From Squalus acanthias (taxonomy: Eukaryota): 64,000 nucleotides of DNA. The stretch is from the NCBI GenBank assembly GCA_030390025.1, contig CM059438.1, forward strand, positions 87,110,001 to 87,174,000, given 5' to 3'. Shown one piece after another: positions 1 through 12,461 of the stretch. A program made the position numbers and the translations under genes. Position 1 is the stretch's first letter, and each line of letters opens with the position of its first letter. A model generated the notes under the pieces. It was given only the letters and a program-made list of their open reading frames with translations, did not search any database and was not told where the DNA came from.

Positions 1-2339
1 AAATGTTTTTACTGAAAGACGATTTGTACCAGTACTCAGCAGTTATTTAGTTATGTGACTTGGTGAACCCCTGCTAAATAAGGAGTCCTACATTAGTATT
101 GGTCAGTCTCTTGTCCTAAGCACTTCTATTGCAAAGATCGTGCTTACTGCAAACCCCTTTAAAATCACTGTGTTAGTGTCCTCTGTACTAGGAAAAAAAA
201 ACTACATACTGGGTTTTTGGCCCAAATCTTAAATTAAATTGTCAGAGCTGTCTCCATAATGCTCTGTTTATAATACCGGACAGCAATTTATTTTGACGGC
301 GTGTGTTGCACCATGCTGCAAGCTGCCTTTATGGATCATTGGTGCAATTCATCAGCTCCCACTGTCCGCTCATTCATTCACTGAGTCAGGTGTGTTATGG
401 TTCCCAGCACTGATCGCAAGCTCAGCTGTCATGGGCTTGCTGCCTAGCTTGTCTATGTGTGTACAGTGTAGTCTACATTGCTTTTATTAAAAACAAAGTT
501 CAAATCAGAGTGTAATTGTACTTTTTGCAATGGGAAAAGGCAAAAAGAAATTCCTTAAATAATATGTTTTAACATTGGAAAGAGGGATTTTAAGTTATTC
601 CATGTGTTGAAAATTCCTAGTTTATCCTATGCAAGATTGTTTCAATGTCTTTTGACAAAGAACCAAGTTGTGGACTGGTCCAGTATCTTGATCTAACTGG
701 TCTTTCACTGTTGCTTTTTCAAGCCGAAGACATCCTGATTTTAAGGTATTTTTCTCCCTTACCGCTCTTGGTCTCACCAATAATGGCCAGTGCTCCCATA
801 CCACCATGAGGGATACTTTGAAACATAACACACAGGATGCTTCTGCCTCCTTCTCTATGGGAAAGTTCCTGGCTTCTGTTCAGTGTCTCCTTGTGGTGGT
901 ACTCCCGAGACCGCTAACTCACTGTGTCGAAGGTTGTGGGTACTAACTCGTCCTATCACTCTGTAGCATGCTGCTGTAGTTTTCTATTCCATGTCCTCGC
1001 AGGTAACTAATGTTTTAGATATAGGCTTCTATCCTCCACAAGCCAAGAGTCACAACATGAAACTTTGACACCTCATGGTTGCAACTTGCGCACTGATCTC
1101 AATGTATTTTTTTCCAGTGTGTGTTTTATTCATAAAGAATAGCGTACAAAAATATTTAATTCATTACGCACACAATAAATATGGAATAAATGTTTATCAG
1201 CAGATGGCACTTATTTTATCATCGTAAAGTATTGCATTTATAGCTGCTGATTTTGTCTCTGGTGTTCAGTGTTAGATAATACCTGTTGCATGTTGATCAA
1301 AAAATACCCAAGTCACCCATTCTGCAACATATTCCTAAAGTTTACCAGTAATTACCTCAGCACTCAGCTACTATCAGTAGAGTTTATCTGACAGGCCTAA
1401 AATTGCATGGAATCAGGCTGCTTGGGAATGTTGTTGTCTCCCAATTAGTTTGTTGCGAAGCTGCAGTTTAGGTGCAGAATTCCATTAGATGCTTTCAACT
1501 TATTTCATGAAAAGTACCGAATCCTGTTGATTGTGCCACAGAAATTGAAAGCTGCTTCACAGTGAAATAGAATTTCTGTGATTCAAGTGCCTGGTTTCAA
1601 ATCTGACCAGCGGGCACAATAACTTGGTATTTACAGGGGAAAGTGTTTCATTTGTTTTGACTTAACTTTCTCTTTGCTTACATAGAACAGTTTAAATTGG
1701 TTTACTGCCTGAGGGGGCGAGGAGAGAAGCAAAGAAAGAGAAAGTGACAAAAACATTGCAGTGCTGGTGTCAATAATTTGGGGGAAAGGGGGGGAAGGCT
1801 GCTCCTAGTTGAGGGCAACAATACTGTGCACACCTTGCATGCAGCAGAAGTTTTCGGGAATGATTATTATAGCAACAGCCTAAAAATAAATGAAGCACAT
1901 CTGTAATTGGCATGCTTTAAAAACCTAAAAATGTACAAGAGTTATTTACAACCTGCATGTGTCAGTGAGGATTTTGTAAGCAGGATTTTTATGTATTTTT
2001 ACTCTTGCAGATGGGTTGTCTGTTCCAGTTTCTCGTCAGTTAGCAAATATGAATGTAAAGATCACTGAAACTGTAGCTTGGAGTGGCAGATCTGTGTGGG
2101 CGGTTGTTCATGGGTTTGTGTAAAAGTGAGCCAATGTGTGCTTAAATAAGTAAATAATGTGGACGAGCGTAGGCTAGCTGCTATAAGTGTTTCTTTTTAA
2201 TTCAAAAAACCTAGGTAAAGAGTAAAGTCATTTAATGCAGACCATCGCCAACAGTGAATAGAGCAGAAGAGAAATCAAGAAGTAGTAGCTAGCTGATGCT
2301 GTGCTTGGGTTTTAAACGCCCATTGTAGGAGGATGGGAA

Positions 2340-3141
2340 GGCAAACTCCGTTCCCTAGTGACCGACTCCATCCCTCTCCCTAACATCTGTCTGAGGCTGA
2401 ACCACACTGTTCACAACCTTGGTGTCAGATTTGACCCTGAAATGAGCTTCCAACCACATATCTGCGGCATAACTAAGACCACCTATTTCCACCTCCGTAA
2501 CATTGCCTGTCTCCGCCCTTGCCTCCGCTCATCCGCTGCTGAAGCCCTCATCCATGCCTTTGTTACCTCTGGACTTGACTATTCCAATGCACTCCTGGCT
2601 GGCCTCCCACGTTCTACCCTACGTAAACTTGAGGTCATCCAAAACTTGGCTGTCCGTGTCCTAACTCGCACTAAGTCCCGTTCACCCATCACCCCCGTGC
2701 TCACTGACCTACATTGGCTCCCGAATAAGCAACGCCTCGATTTCAAAATTCTCATCCTTGTTTTCAAATCCCTCCATGGCCTCGCACCTCCCTACCTCTG
2801 TAATCTCCTTCAGCCCCACAACCCCCGGAGATAACTGCGCTCCTCTAATTCTGCCCTCTTGAGCATCCCTGATCATAATTGCTCTACCATTGGTGGTCGT
2901 GCCTTCTGTTGCCTAGGCCCTAAGCTCTGGAATTTCCTCCCTAAACCCCTCTGCCTCTCTACCTCTCTCCTCTCCTTTAAGACGCTCCTTAAAACCTACC
3001 TCTTTGACCAAGCTTTTGGTCACCTGCCCTAATTTCTCCTTGTGTGGTTGGGTGTCATATTTTTGTCTTAATACTCCTGTGAAGCGCCTTGGGATGTTTT
3101 ACTACTTTAAAGGCGCTATATAAATACAAGTTGTTGTTGTT
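2340..3141 (+). mobile_element. L2-clade LINE, 5'-truncated 3' fragment
   Basis: ORF 2358-2834 has L2 ORF2 C-terminal motifs (NLGV.FD..MSF, LIHAFVTS.LDYSNALLAGLP, ITPVL..LHWLP) and the tail taaaggcgctatataaatacaag(ttg)n. Confidence 0.9.
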
Positions 3142-4321
3142 GGACGTCTTTGGGGAGGTGAGAAGCTGCAGGGTTTTCAGGCCCTTGGAAAGGATGTGTT
3201 ACACGAAGCAGTGGCCTGGAGTTGATGGTTGTACCTGGAATTTTGTTTATATTCTTTTTACGCAGACGATTTAAAAGTGCACGTGCAATTCCTGTTCCGA
3301 TGAACGTTTTATTACAGTAAAACACGTGAATCAGCAGAGCCTGTAACTGAATAATCTGGACCGCTGCCTTGCTTTCATATTTCCTCCAATCGGGAAGAAG
3401 GATGAGCAGGTCAATTGAATAGACCACCTGCTATCCCCCTACTGTCAGTGCCATTGGCTTTCTGCCTCGGGCTGCACTTATTGCTGGTCAGGATCGCCTA
3501 TGACCATTTTTAATTAGCAATTCTAATCAAAATTACAATTAAAATCTTTTTGCACAGCAGTTGCGAAACTGTGCGCATTATTCTGTGTTTTTTCCCTAGT
3601 GTTAGGAAGAGTTTTAATTTTGTGATTATGCTAGATTTGAGTTTGCAATATATTGAATATAAATTTGAAGACTGATGCAATATAGTATTGTGTTGCACTG
3701 TCTCTTTCTCCCCCCCCCCCCCCCCCCCCCACTTTTGTTGTATCACGTATATCATGCTCTGTTTGTGAACTGCTCACAGAAGCTCCACAGCCAGCCTTGC
3801 AATTTCTCAGCTCTATGATTGCTCATTCACTGATTCATTAAGACAAGTGCGGCTTCAGCCTGGCACGGCCACTTGGCTGATGGCTTCCTGCTGTGATTCA
3901 GTTCAAATATCTTGGAGATTGGTGCCTGGCAGGTTGCCAGGAGAGAATGGCATGGAAACATCAGTGCTATCACTATTACCCCCTCCTCCCCACCATTTTA
4001 GTCCATGATGTTTTCATTAACCTTTCACAATAATTGTCGTACAGTACATTTCACTTAAATGTACCCCTGGCACATACGTAGCCAGTTAAAGAGGAAACGT
4101 GGATTTCGAACCGCCTGAAACAGGACTTTGCATAACTTAAACTTGAAGGAGAAAAAGGGCAATCTGCAAAGTAAAAATAAAAAGGAAAACAACCAACAGA
4201 AAGCCGAGAAATAAAAACACTGACCAAATGGGAAATAGGGATATGAGGGACCAAAAGAATATGAGGGGCGGATGGGGGGGAAACAGAAAAGCAACAGAGG
4301 CCGCATTCATTTCCTTTCCCT

Positions 4322-4570
4322 AGTTGCCACTCCAGAGGACATTTAGGGTCATTGTGAAACTGGAGTCATGTGAAGGCCAGTCCGGGTAGGGGGCTGGCAG
4401 ACTTCGTTCCCTGAAAGGCATTAGTGAACCAATCCAGCACTTTTCTGGTGCCAGTCCACAAATTGCCAGATTTATTGAGTTCGATATCATAACTTGCCAT
4501 GGTGGGATTTGTACAGTCCTGACCTCTGAGTTGCTAGTCTAGTGCTATAACCACTAGGCAACCATACCCA
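4322..4570 (-). mobile_element. Degenerate tRNA-derived SINE (shark family with ggttcactaatg-cctt-agggaa core)
   Basis: The minus strand begins with an A-box-like cctagtggttatagcactagactag and a B-box-like caaatcccaccatggca, followed by a body resembling a common elasmobranch SINE. Confidence 0.6.
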
Positions 4571-5405
4571 CGTTTACAATAAGAGCTGGCAACTCTAGTC
4601 TAAGGGTGAATGGGTGCCCCAAATTTCAACAAGATACTGAAAATTGGAGCAGGGGTCCTGAATTCCTGGAACATTTTTTGAGCAGAACAACAATTCTAAC
4701 CATAACGTCCGCCTACAATAGATAACAGTGCAAAAGTAACTGTAGCTTAGACTGCATAAGTAGCAAAATCAGCTGTAGAAGATGTATTCATTTCATTGGA
4801 ATTTGTGGCTAAAAGTGTTGAATTTTGTGTGAAAACAGAAGTGAGTTTAGTTTTAATATCTGTCCTCTTATTTAAGTATTCACACATTGGGTTTTGCAGA
4901 GTAAAGACTATATAAGGCTTTCAGCATGTGGGTAAAGATCCTGCTCTTCATGCTCAAAGTAGTGAATTCTTGTGGCAATTACAAGAAGGGTCTGGACAAA
5001 AATTAAGCTGTATTCCAACGGGGGAAGTGAGGAGGGAATTGGGGAAGTTGGGTCGTCCTGGTCCATTCTTGGACCTATTTGGGTCCATGGGGATAATTGT
5101 TGCCTCCTTTCTCGACTGAGGAGTGGTGTGGGGTAACCCAGAGAGGAGAACATAAATAAGAACTGGGAGGCAATGTAGAAAGATGTATGATATCCATTGA
5201 AATGTTGAATACGTTCACAAAAATGATCTTCGTAACCTACTAGCAGCATCAATGCTTAGCAGTGTTACTGAACAGTAATTTTAAAAATTGATTCTATAGA
5301 GCAAACTTGGAAGCATGGTGCTCCGTTTGGTGATGGTATGATAATGGAATTCGTGCAAAAACCAGCCTGGTCTGATGATCAAGTGAACCCATGGTCTCTT
5401 GTTCC

Positions 5406-5476
<71 letters not shown>
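5406..5476. repeat. (CT)n microsatellite
   Basis: Directly visible. Confidence 0.95.
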
Positions 5477-5481
<5 letters not shown>

Positions 5482-5571
5482 CAGGTAAATTAAATCTGTT
5501 TTAACAGTACTGCATTACCATTAGCTGTTGGCGGAAAAGATGAATTAAACTGTTTTCCCCTGTTTCTTTAG

Positions 5572-5650
5572 TGTATCTGAAATGAAAATGGAGGGCATAC
5601 TTTCAACTCTGTTGATGGAGGACTTTAAAGGAAAAAAATCTGGACACAAG
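5572..5650 (+). CDS. DDX31: DDX31 internal coding exon (DEAD-box RNA helicase, C-terminal region)
   Basis: Acceptor tgttttcccctgtttctttAG and donor GTttgt. Translates (x)VSEMKMEGILSTLLMEDFKGKKSGHK, resembling human NVSEIKMEDIL...FKGKR as recalled. Phase 2 in, phase 0 out, matching the next exon. Confidence 0.85.
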
Positions 5651-6160
5651 GTTTGTGATTTTTGTTGCCCTTTACATTACAGCATTGTGTTCAAGTTCCA
5701 GTGTCTTGTGTTAATAGTGCTGAAATTTCCTGGATGGGTAAAGGCAGTTGCCACCAATCCTCTCGGACCTTATCCTGGACAGTAATGGTGGCAGGCCATT
5801 TTAATCAGTGGGTTTGCAATCTCCTCATGAGCCACTACTGAACTGCTTGTTTTTGTTGTTACCACAGGCAACTATAAAAAAAAAAGTCTTGTGAATTTAT
5901 TCCAGGAGCTCGCAATTTGGAAAATTGGTATGTCGGAGGCCAAATCAAGGATTTTCCCTCACAAATGCTCCAACTACTCTGGTTCAGCTGGTTAATTCTA
6001 CATACAAGGGACAGAGTTTCAGGCAATTGCGCTGACTGATAGTCCCAATACCTGATAAGCATAAAACAAAGCTTTAGCACTCGTATTCTGTGACTAATTT
6101 GTTGAGTGGGTACAAAATAATTAAGTGCTGCCTCAGCAGATTTCGTGCTCCTTTTTATAG

Positions 6161-6594
6161 GTGTCAGCCGTGGCTCAGTGGGTAGCACTGTTTCCTCTGC
6201 GTCAGAAGGTTGTGGGTTTAAGTCCCATTCCAGAGACATGAGCACAAAATCTAGGCTGACATTCCAGTGCAGTACTGAGGGAGTGCTGCACTGTTGGAGG
6301 TGCCGTCTTTTGGATGAGATGTTAAACCGAGGCCCCGCCTGCCCTCTCAGGTGGACGTAAAAGATCCCATGGCACTATTTCGAAGAAGAGCAGGGGAGTT
6401 ATCCCCGGTGTCCTGGCCAATATTTATCCCTCAACAAACATCGCTTTAAAAAAACAAATTATCTGGTCGTTATTACATTGTTGTTTGTGGAACCTTGCTG
6501 CCATGTTTCCTGTATTACAATAGTATTTCAGAAGTACTTAATTGGCTGTAAAGCACTTTGGGACGTCCTGAGGTCGTGAAAGGCAGTATATAAA
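6161..6594 (+). mobile_element. Deu-domain SINE (SacSINE1/AmnSINE1-like), near full length
   Basis: tRNA-like head (gtggctcagtgggtagc...gggtttaagtcccattcc), Deu core (gagatgttaaaccgaggcccc...aaagatcccatggcacta...gtgtcctggccaa) and L2-like tail (gtgaaaggcagtatataaat). Confidence 0.88.
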
Positions 6595-6850
6595 TGTCTG
6601 TCTGTCTGTCTGTCTGTATATCTATCTGTCTGTATATCTATCTGTCTGTATATCTATCTGTCTGTATATCTATCTGTCTGTATATCTATCTGTCTGTATA
6701 TCTATCTGTCTGTATATCTATCTGTCTGTATATCTATCTGTCTGTATATCTATCTGTCTGTATATCTGTCTATCTATCTATCTGTATATCTGTCTATCTA
6801 TCTGTATATCTGTCTATCTATCTATCTATCTGTATATCTTGTATAGATAT
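6595..6850. repeat. Compound (TGTC)/(TATC) microsatellite with an 18-bp higher-order unit, grown from the SINE tail
   Basis: Directly visible (tatatctatctgtctg.. repeats). Confidence 0.95.
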
Positions 6851-8452
6851 AAACTGGGAGGCCGGACTTAATCACTGCTAATTCTTGTGGTGAAGTCAAG
6901 ACCTTCTATAGGTCTCACGGCCCTTCAGGATCTATGGTGATATACGAATGGAGTAAGTCGGCCTCAACCAGTCCATTGGTTGGCATAACCAATTTATTGC
7001 ACCTAAGCTGCAGAGAATGTGCCGTGTGACCAGGTGATGAATGGGTTTTATACTCCATTATTTTGTTGTCTGTAAAAGGGCTCATCCTGGGTCACAGAAC
7101 CCTGAAGACGTTCCTTTTAAAAGGAAAAATGATTGGCCCATTTTCACTTGCCCATTGAAGACTGCCGTAGAAAGTCTCTATATGGACTTCTGGAAGACTA
7201 TGCCAGCCCAGTAGTGTACAAGAAATTAGCAAACTTCTGCTAGTTACCCCAGTGAAGTTGTGGCTTAGCTGTTAAGGGAAGTAGACTAACTTCTTAGAGG
7301 TCAATCTCCCCCATATCCTTGCAACTCTGGTGGCCTCTCAATACTTTGATGCTGTAGTACCAAGCTCAAGGAATAGGTCTGACTATATTCTAAATAATGG
7401 GCTTATACTCAATGGGAGACTGAGCACCAAGTCTATTTAAAGTATATCCAGTGCCTGTCTCTCTGCTTTTCACATAGCTGTTAATGTGGTTTTCTTGGTT
7501 TAGAAAATCTACTGCTTTTGAAAACTGCAGTTCTCTTGGCTCTGGCTTCAACTCTCCAACTTAGCAAACTGCAAGCCTACATTACAGGTGAATACAGTCA
7601 CATTACATACAGTCACATAAGAGTTGAACTTACTGACTAAAATAGTTCTTTACATTAGTTCGTAATGTATGAGAAGAGTTGTTGATTACACTGCACGGAT
7701 GTTGGATTGTGGTGTTCTCTTTCCGCCCCCCCCCCACCCCTAACCCCCACCTTGAAGAGAGATGTTACCTGATGGCAAGTTTATTCTCTATCAGAATTGT
7801 AGAGTTGGGGCTGTATCAAACTATCACATATGGGAGCTTAAATATCCAAAAGAGAGTGGCTCACTGACTGGCTGACTTGCACTCTGCCACGATGCCAGGA
7901 CCAGAACTGCCTCCGTGAAGAAGCTGGGAGGGCACTCTAGATACATAGAATTACATAGGGCTTGATTTTGCCAGGCCCGAGGAGGCGGGATTGGAGGCGT
8001 GAGTTGTAAAAATTGCAAAAAATGGCGGGCGGCTCCGAGCAATTTTCCCACATTCGTGGTTTCAGACCCCGTTTCCATCCCGCCTCCAAGAGGTGGGATA
8101 GGCCCTTAACTACCAGTTAATTGCCTCTATAATCCCATTTGAGAGGCCATTCTGATTTTAGCACATTTCCCCCGTCCTGCACGTCGCCTCTGGAACACAC
8201 CAGTTAATCCTGGCGGCCTCACAAGTGGATTGCTTACTAACAGCTGCAGCTCCACCATTAAAAAGGAGTTTTCACCAATGATCATTTGCAGGTGGCAGAA
8301 CTTTGTTGTCTCAGGTCTGGGGGAACTTTTAGCAGGCCTACTCATTGTTGTGGAAGTTTGGAGCCTGACACCCATCTCCAGTGTGACCTCCTGGGAAACC
8401 CCTCTCCCCACCTTGACTGAGCGCTTCCTCAACTGAGGTATATACCAGAAGC

Positions 8453-8671
8453 ATGGGAACCATTTATTTCCTTTCCTCCTGGACATCAGAATCGGACGAA
8501 GACCAGCCGCGGCAGCAACAGAACCCTGAACAACAGCAGGAGCAACAGCAGGAGCAACAACAGGAGCTCCAAGCTGCTGCTCACCCACCTGAAGCTGCAC
8601 AGGCCAGAAGGCGCGACCACATTGCTGGCCGGGATGCAAGGGACGCAATCATGTTGGCCAGATTTGCTTAG
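8453..8671 (+). pseudogene. Harbinger transposase remnant (N- and C-termini joined, catalytic core deleted)
   Basis: Ends with a Q/E-rich linker and GRDARDAIMLARFA*, like the G..R..I...F C-termini of Harbinger transposases. It converges on the Myb gene. No DDE core is seen. Confidence 0.55.
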
Positions 8672-9461
8672 CCTGCACAATCAAACACTTTTGCCTCGCA
8701 CCTTCTTACCAGAGCATCAACAATGGACAAGAAGAACCTGTGGATTCCTATCACTGACCACCATACTGACAATTGCAAGTCGCCCTAAGCCCTCAGTATG
8801 GAAGTCCCATTTGTGAAATGACACAGGCCACAACTTCAACAGTTTGCCATCAAATCTGTTTATCATAACAATTTAAGGATGGCTTGTCAAAAATAAATAC
8901 AACAGAACACCCAAGTGACTACCCTTGTGACTACTTGTGCTTCATCTTCCTCTTATGCATGCTCCTATGTGGTTCTTCCCCTGTGGCTTCAGCAGATGTG
9001 GAGGCCCCTTGCTCACTTTCTTGCTGCTCCTGTCTCGACACCTTTGGCAGCCATCCTCTGGGGTTGCGAACCTGTGAGAGCTCGGCAACAGTCTGCTGCT
9101 CCTGCGGCTGTGCAGGGGATGAGACGCCCATCTCAGTTGGGTGGGGCTCTGACCGAGGGCTTTGCAGTGGCATGGTCGTGTGAGCGCTTGGAGAGGAGCC
9201 CCCACTTCCTTGTTGTCTGCCACCAACATCCCTCTCATGGGTCAGCCCCACTTCAGAGCTAGCAAGTGGCTTAACAGCACCTTGCTGCACTTCTGGGGAC
9301 CCATAAGGACCCGTTTCTGCACTGGAAGTCCTACTCCAGAGGACTTCCATGAAGGTCTGATTTCTATGCTCAATAGCTGACCATCGCTCCTCAAGAGATG
9401 TCAGTCTATTCTGCGCAATGACCATGTTTTCAATACCCTGGCGACTTACCTCCTCCATGGC

Positions 9462-9680
9462 TGTAGCCTACCTCTCCTCTACCATAGCCATCCTCTCCTC
9501 TACCGTAGCCTACCTCTCCTCTACCGTAGCCATCCTCTCCTCTACCGTAGCCAACCTCTCCTCTACCGTAGCCATCCTCTCCTCTACCGTAGCCATCCTC
9601 TCCTCTACCGTAGCCATCCTCTCCTCTACCGTAGCCATCCTCTCCTCTACCGTAGCCATCCTCTCCTCTACGGTAGCCAG
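9462..9680 (-). repeat. 21-bp tandem repeat, ~10 copies, encoding (MATVEER)n
   Basis: Unit tctaccgtagccatcctctcc, in frame with the Myb gene's last exon. Confidence 0.95.
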
Positions 9681-11692
9681 CCTTACCACGGAGGTTGCCA
9701 TCCTTTCCGTGGTGGTGCGTTCATGCGCCAATGCCTCCACAAAGGCTCTGCTCATGTTCGCGATGGACTCCTCCATTCACTCCACACTCGCAGCGACCCT
9801 GGAGACAAAACCTACCAGAGACTCCTGCACCTGTTCCTGGAGTTCCGGCACCGCTCTCCTTCTGGATGGACCTGGAGGCACAGAGTCGACATGCAGCTGA
9901 GCCGAGCTGGCAGAGTCCTGCGCCCTCCGACGAGGACTCTCCACTGCTGTCCCTGTCTCCACCATCTGCTGATGCTCACTTGTCACCTGGTGTATCGCAG
10001 ATCACAACACTACTCTATCTCGCGAAGGTCCCACCAAGGTGTGATTGTCTGTGCTGGTGCTGGGTGCGCTGAATTCTGCTGACGCTGCGCCCTCAGAGGT
10101 TGCAGCTTCCTCTGAGGAGTCTTGAGGCTCAGGCTGTTCCTCCTGGACAGTGGGGACGGGGGCTCTCGATGGTCCTGTGGGGGAGTAAAGAAAAGAGTTA
10201 GAGATGTGAGGTAAAGGTTGCAAGCACATTGAATTGTGCAGATGATCATAAGTCAATCTGTTAGAGCATCAGAATCATTATCAGTCACTCATGCAATGTC
10301 AATGAGATGCTAAACTATTCTGTCACCAGCTTGCTGTGATGCGCCCGCCTGTCCGTCCCCCACTTGCGAATCGTCCTCCACTCCGGCGATCTCCAGGGCC
10401 GCCTTCTCCGAAGTGGTGAGCTGGGCTACTGAGGGTGGCCCTCCTCCTGTCCTCGCTCTTTCCCTCTTATTGTGGGCTCTCTTTTCCTGCAATGAGGGAC
10501 ACAAGTGGAGTTTGAGTGAGAATGAAGGAGTGAATGTAGAGAATCCATAGCATAGATGCTTAGAAGGAGACAAAGGGCCTTCCCTATGTGTTGTAAGTTG
10601 TTGTCATTGCATCACTGTGATAGGGAGTGTGAGGGCTGTATGGTCGAATAGTTAAGTGAATGTGACCATAGAGAGAGAGGGAATGGGTAAGGGTGCAGGG
10701 ATGTAAGGGTCAAGTGGGATGTGGAAGAAGAGGTTGGCAAAGCAGAGTGCTGGTGATGAGAGGTGATGGGGATAAGATTGAGGCTCATGGGAATGTCATA
10801 CTCACTTTTCCTGTGCGGAGAAGGTCATGAAACCTCTTCCTGCACTGCAGCCAGGTTCTGCTGCACATAGAAATTGCGTTTACCTCTTGGGCCACTTGCA
10901 GCCACACAGCTTTATTCTGCTGGGGAGGCTTTTTCCTCCCTGAGGAAACATAGAAGATAGGAGCAGGAGTAGGCCATTCGGCCCCTCGAGCCTGCTCCTC
11001 CATTCGATGAGATCATGGCTGATCATCCAAACTCAGTACCCTGTCCCTGCCTTCTCCCCCTATCCCTTGATACCTTTAGCCTTAAGAAATATATCTAACT
11101 CCTTCTTGAATATATTTACTGACTTGGCCTCAACTGCCTTCTGTGGTAGAGAATTCCACAGGTTCACCACTCTCTGGGTGAAGAAATTCCTCCTCATCTC
11201 TGTCCTAAATGGCTTACCCCTTATCTTTAGACTGTGACCTCTTGTTCTGGACTCACCCGCCATCGGGAACATCCTTCCTGCATCCAGTCTGTCTAGCCCT
11301 GTTAGAATTTTATAAGTTTGAATGAGATCTCCTCTCATTCTTCTAAACTCCAGCGAGTATAAGCCCAATCGACCCAATCTCTCCTCATACGTCATTCCTA
11401 CCATCCCAGGTATCAGTCTGGTGAATCTTCGCTGCACACCCTCCATGGCAAGAACATCCTTCTTCAGATAAGGCGACCAAAACTGCACACAATACTCAAG
11501 GTGTGGTCTCACCAAGGCCCTGTACAGCTGCAGCAAGACATCCTTGTTCCTGTACTGAAACCCTCTCGCTATGAAGGCCAACATACCATTTGCCTTCTTA
11601 ACCGCCTGCTGTACCTGCATGCTTACCTTCAGCGACTGGTGCACAAGGACACCCAGGTCTCGTTGCACTTCCCCTTCTCCCAATCTATTGCC

Positions 11693-12461
11693 ATGATGTG
11701 GAGATGCCGGTGTTGGACTGGGGTGGACAAATGTGAGAAGTCGCACAACACCAGGTTATAGTCACATTATTCGCTACAACAAAGAGCACAGCCAAGACAA
11801 TGAGATGTGTCCCAGGGGGTCCAGCGTGTCAAACCACCTGCTGGCTGCATATCCTGTCAATTTGTGTTCTGGTGTTTTTTAAAAAAAAAACAAAAAAAAA
11901 AAAAAAAAACACCTGGGAAGACCGGCCATGATGTCAAGTCACGTTCTGTATCGTGACATGAACCCGATATCGCGATTGAGGCCATCCTCATGAGTGCGGA
12001 ACTTGGCTATCAGTTTCTGCTCTATGATTTTGCGCTGTCGTGTATCTCGAAGGCCGCCTTGGAGAACGCTTACCCGCAGATCCGAGGCTGAATGCCCCTG
12101 GCTGCTGAAGTGTTCCCCGACTGGGAGGCAACCCTCCTGCCTGGCGATTGTTGCACGGTGTCCGTTCATACGTTGTCTCAGTGTCTGCATGGTCTCGCCG
12201 ATGTACCATGCTCTGGAGCATCCTTTACTGCAACGTATCAGGTAGACAACGTTGGCCGAGTCACATGAGTATGTACCGTGTACCTGGTGGGTAGTGTCCT
12301 CACGTGTAATGATGGTATCTGTCCAACAGCTTTATTTGAAATCACAAGCTTTCGGAGCGCTGCTCCTTCGTCAGGTGAAGTGAAGAGATGCATATAGTCA
12401 CAGCATATATAGTCCGAGAACACTGCCAGATGATTACAGTTAATCTTTCCAACTGCCCTTT
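11693..12461 (-). mobile_element. Penelope-like element fragment (GIY-YIG endonuclease end plus pseudo-LTR)
   Basis: ORF 11939-12190 (...YIGET-MQTLRQRMNGHR...PVGEHFS..GHS..DL.V.VL...E..LI..F.T...GLN) is a GIY-YIG C-terminus. 10-bp TSD atctattgcc at 11683-11692 and 12462-12471. Confidence 0.88.
12342..12378 (-). ncRNA. Minimal type I hammerhead ribozyme (Penelope pLTR)
   Basis: Minus strand reads tcac-CTGACGA-a-ggagc(agc)gctcc-GAAA-gct-t-gtga: core boxes, stem II, palindromic aagctt stem III and stem I tcac/gtga. Confidence 0.8.

Noticed and set aside
622-960. Minus-strand ORF and possible retroelement remnant
   Set aside because: No recognisable domain, and no DDX31-like exon was found in 1-5571.
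6161-6235. tRNA-like sequences (also ~17620-17688 and 34672-34740)
   Set aside because: These are SINE heads continuous with Deu bodies, not tRNA genes.
6594-6881. 95-aa ORF with [12 protein letters not shown] repeats
   Set aside because: It is the translation of a tetranucleotide microsatellite.
9418-9900. Plus-strand ORF (VAILSST)n, and the 21-bp array read as CRISPR-like
   Set aside because: It is the antisense shadow of the Myb exon. The units are contiguous with no spacers, in a eukaryotic context.
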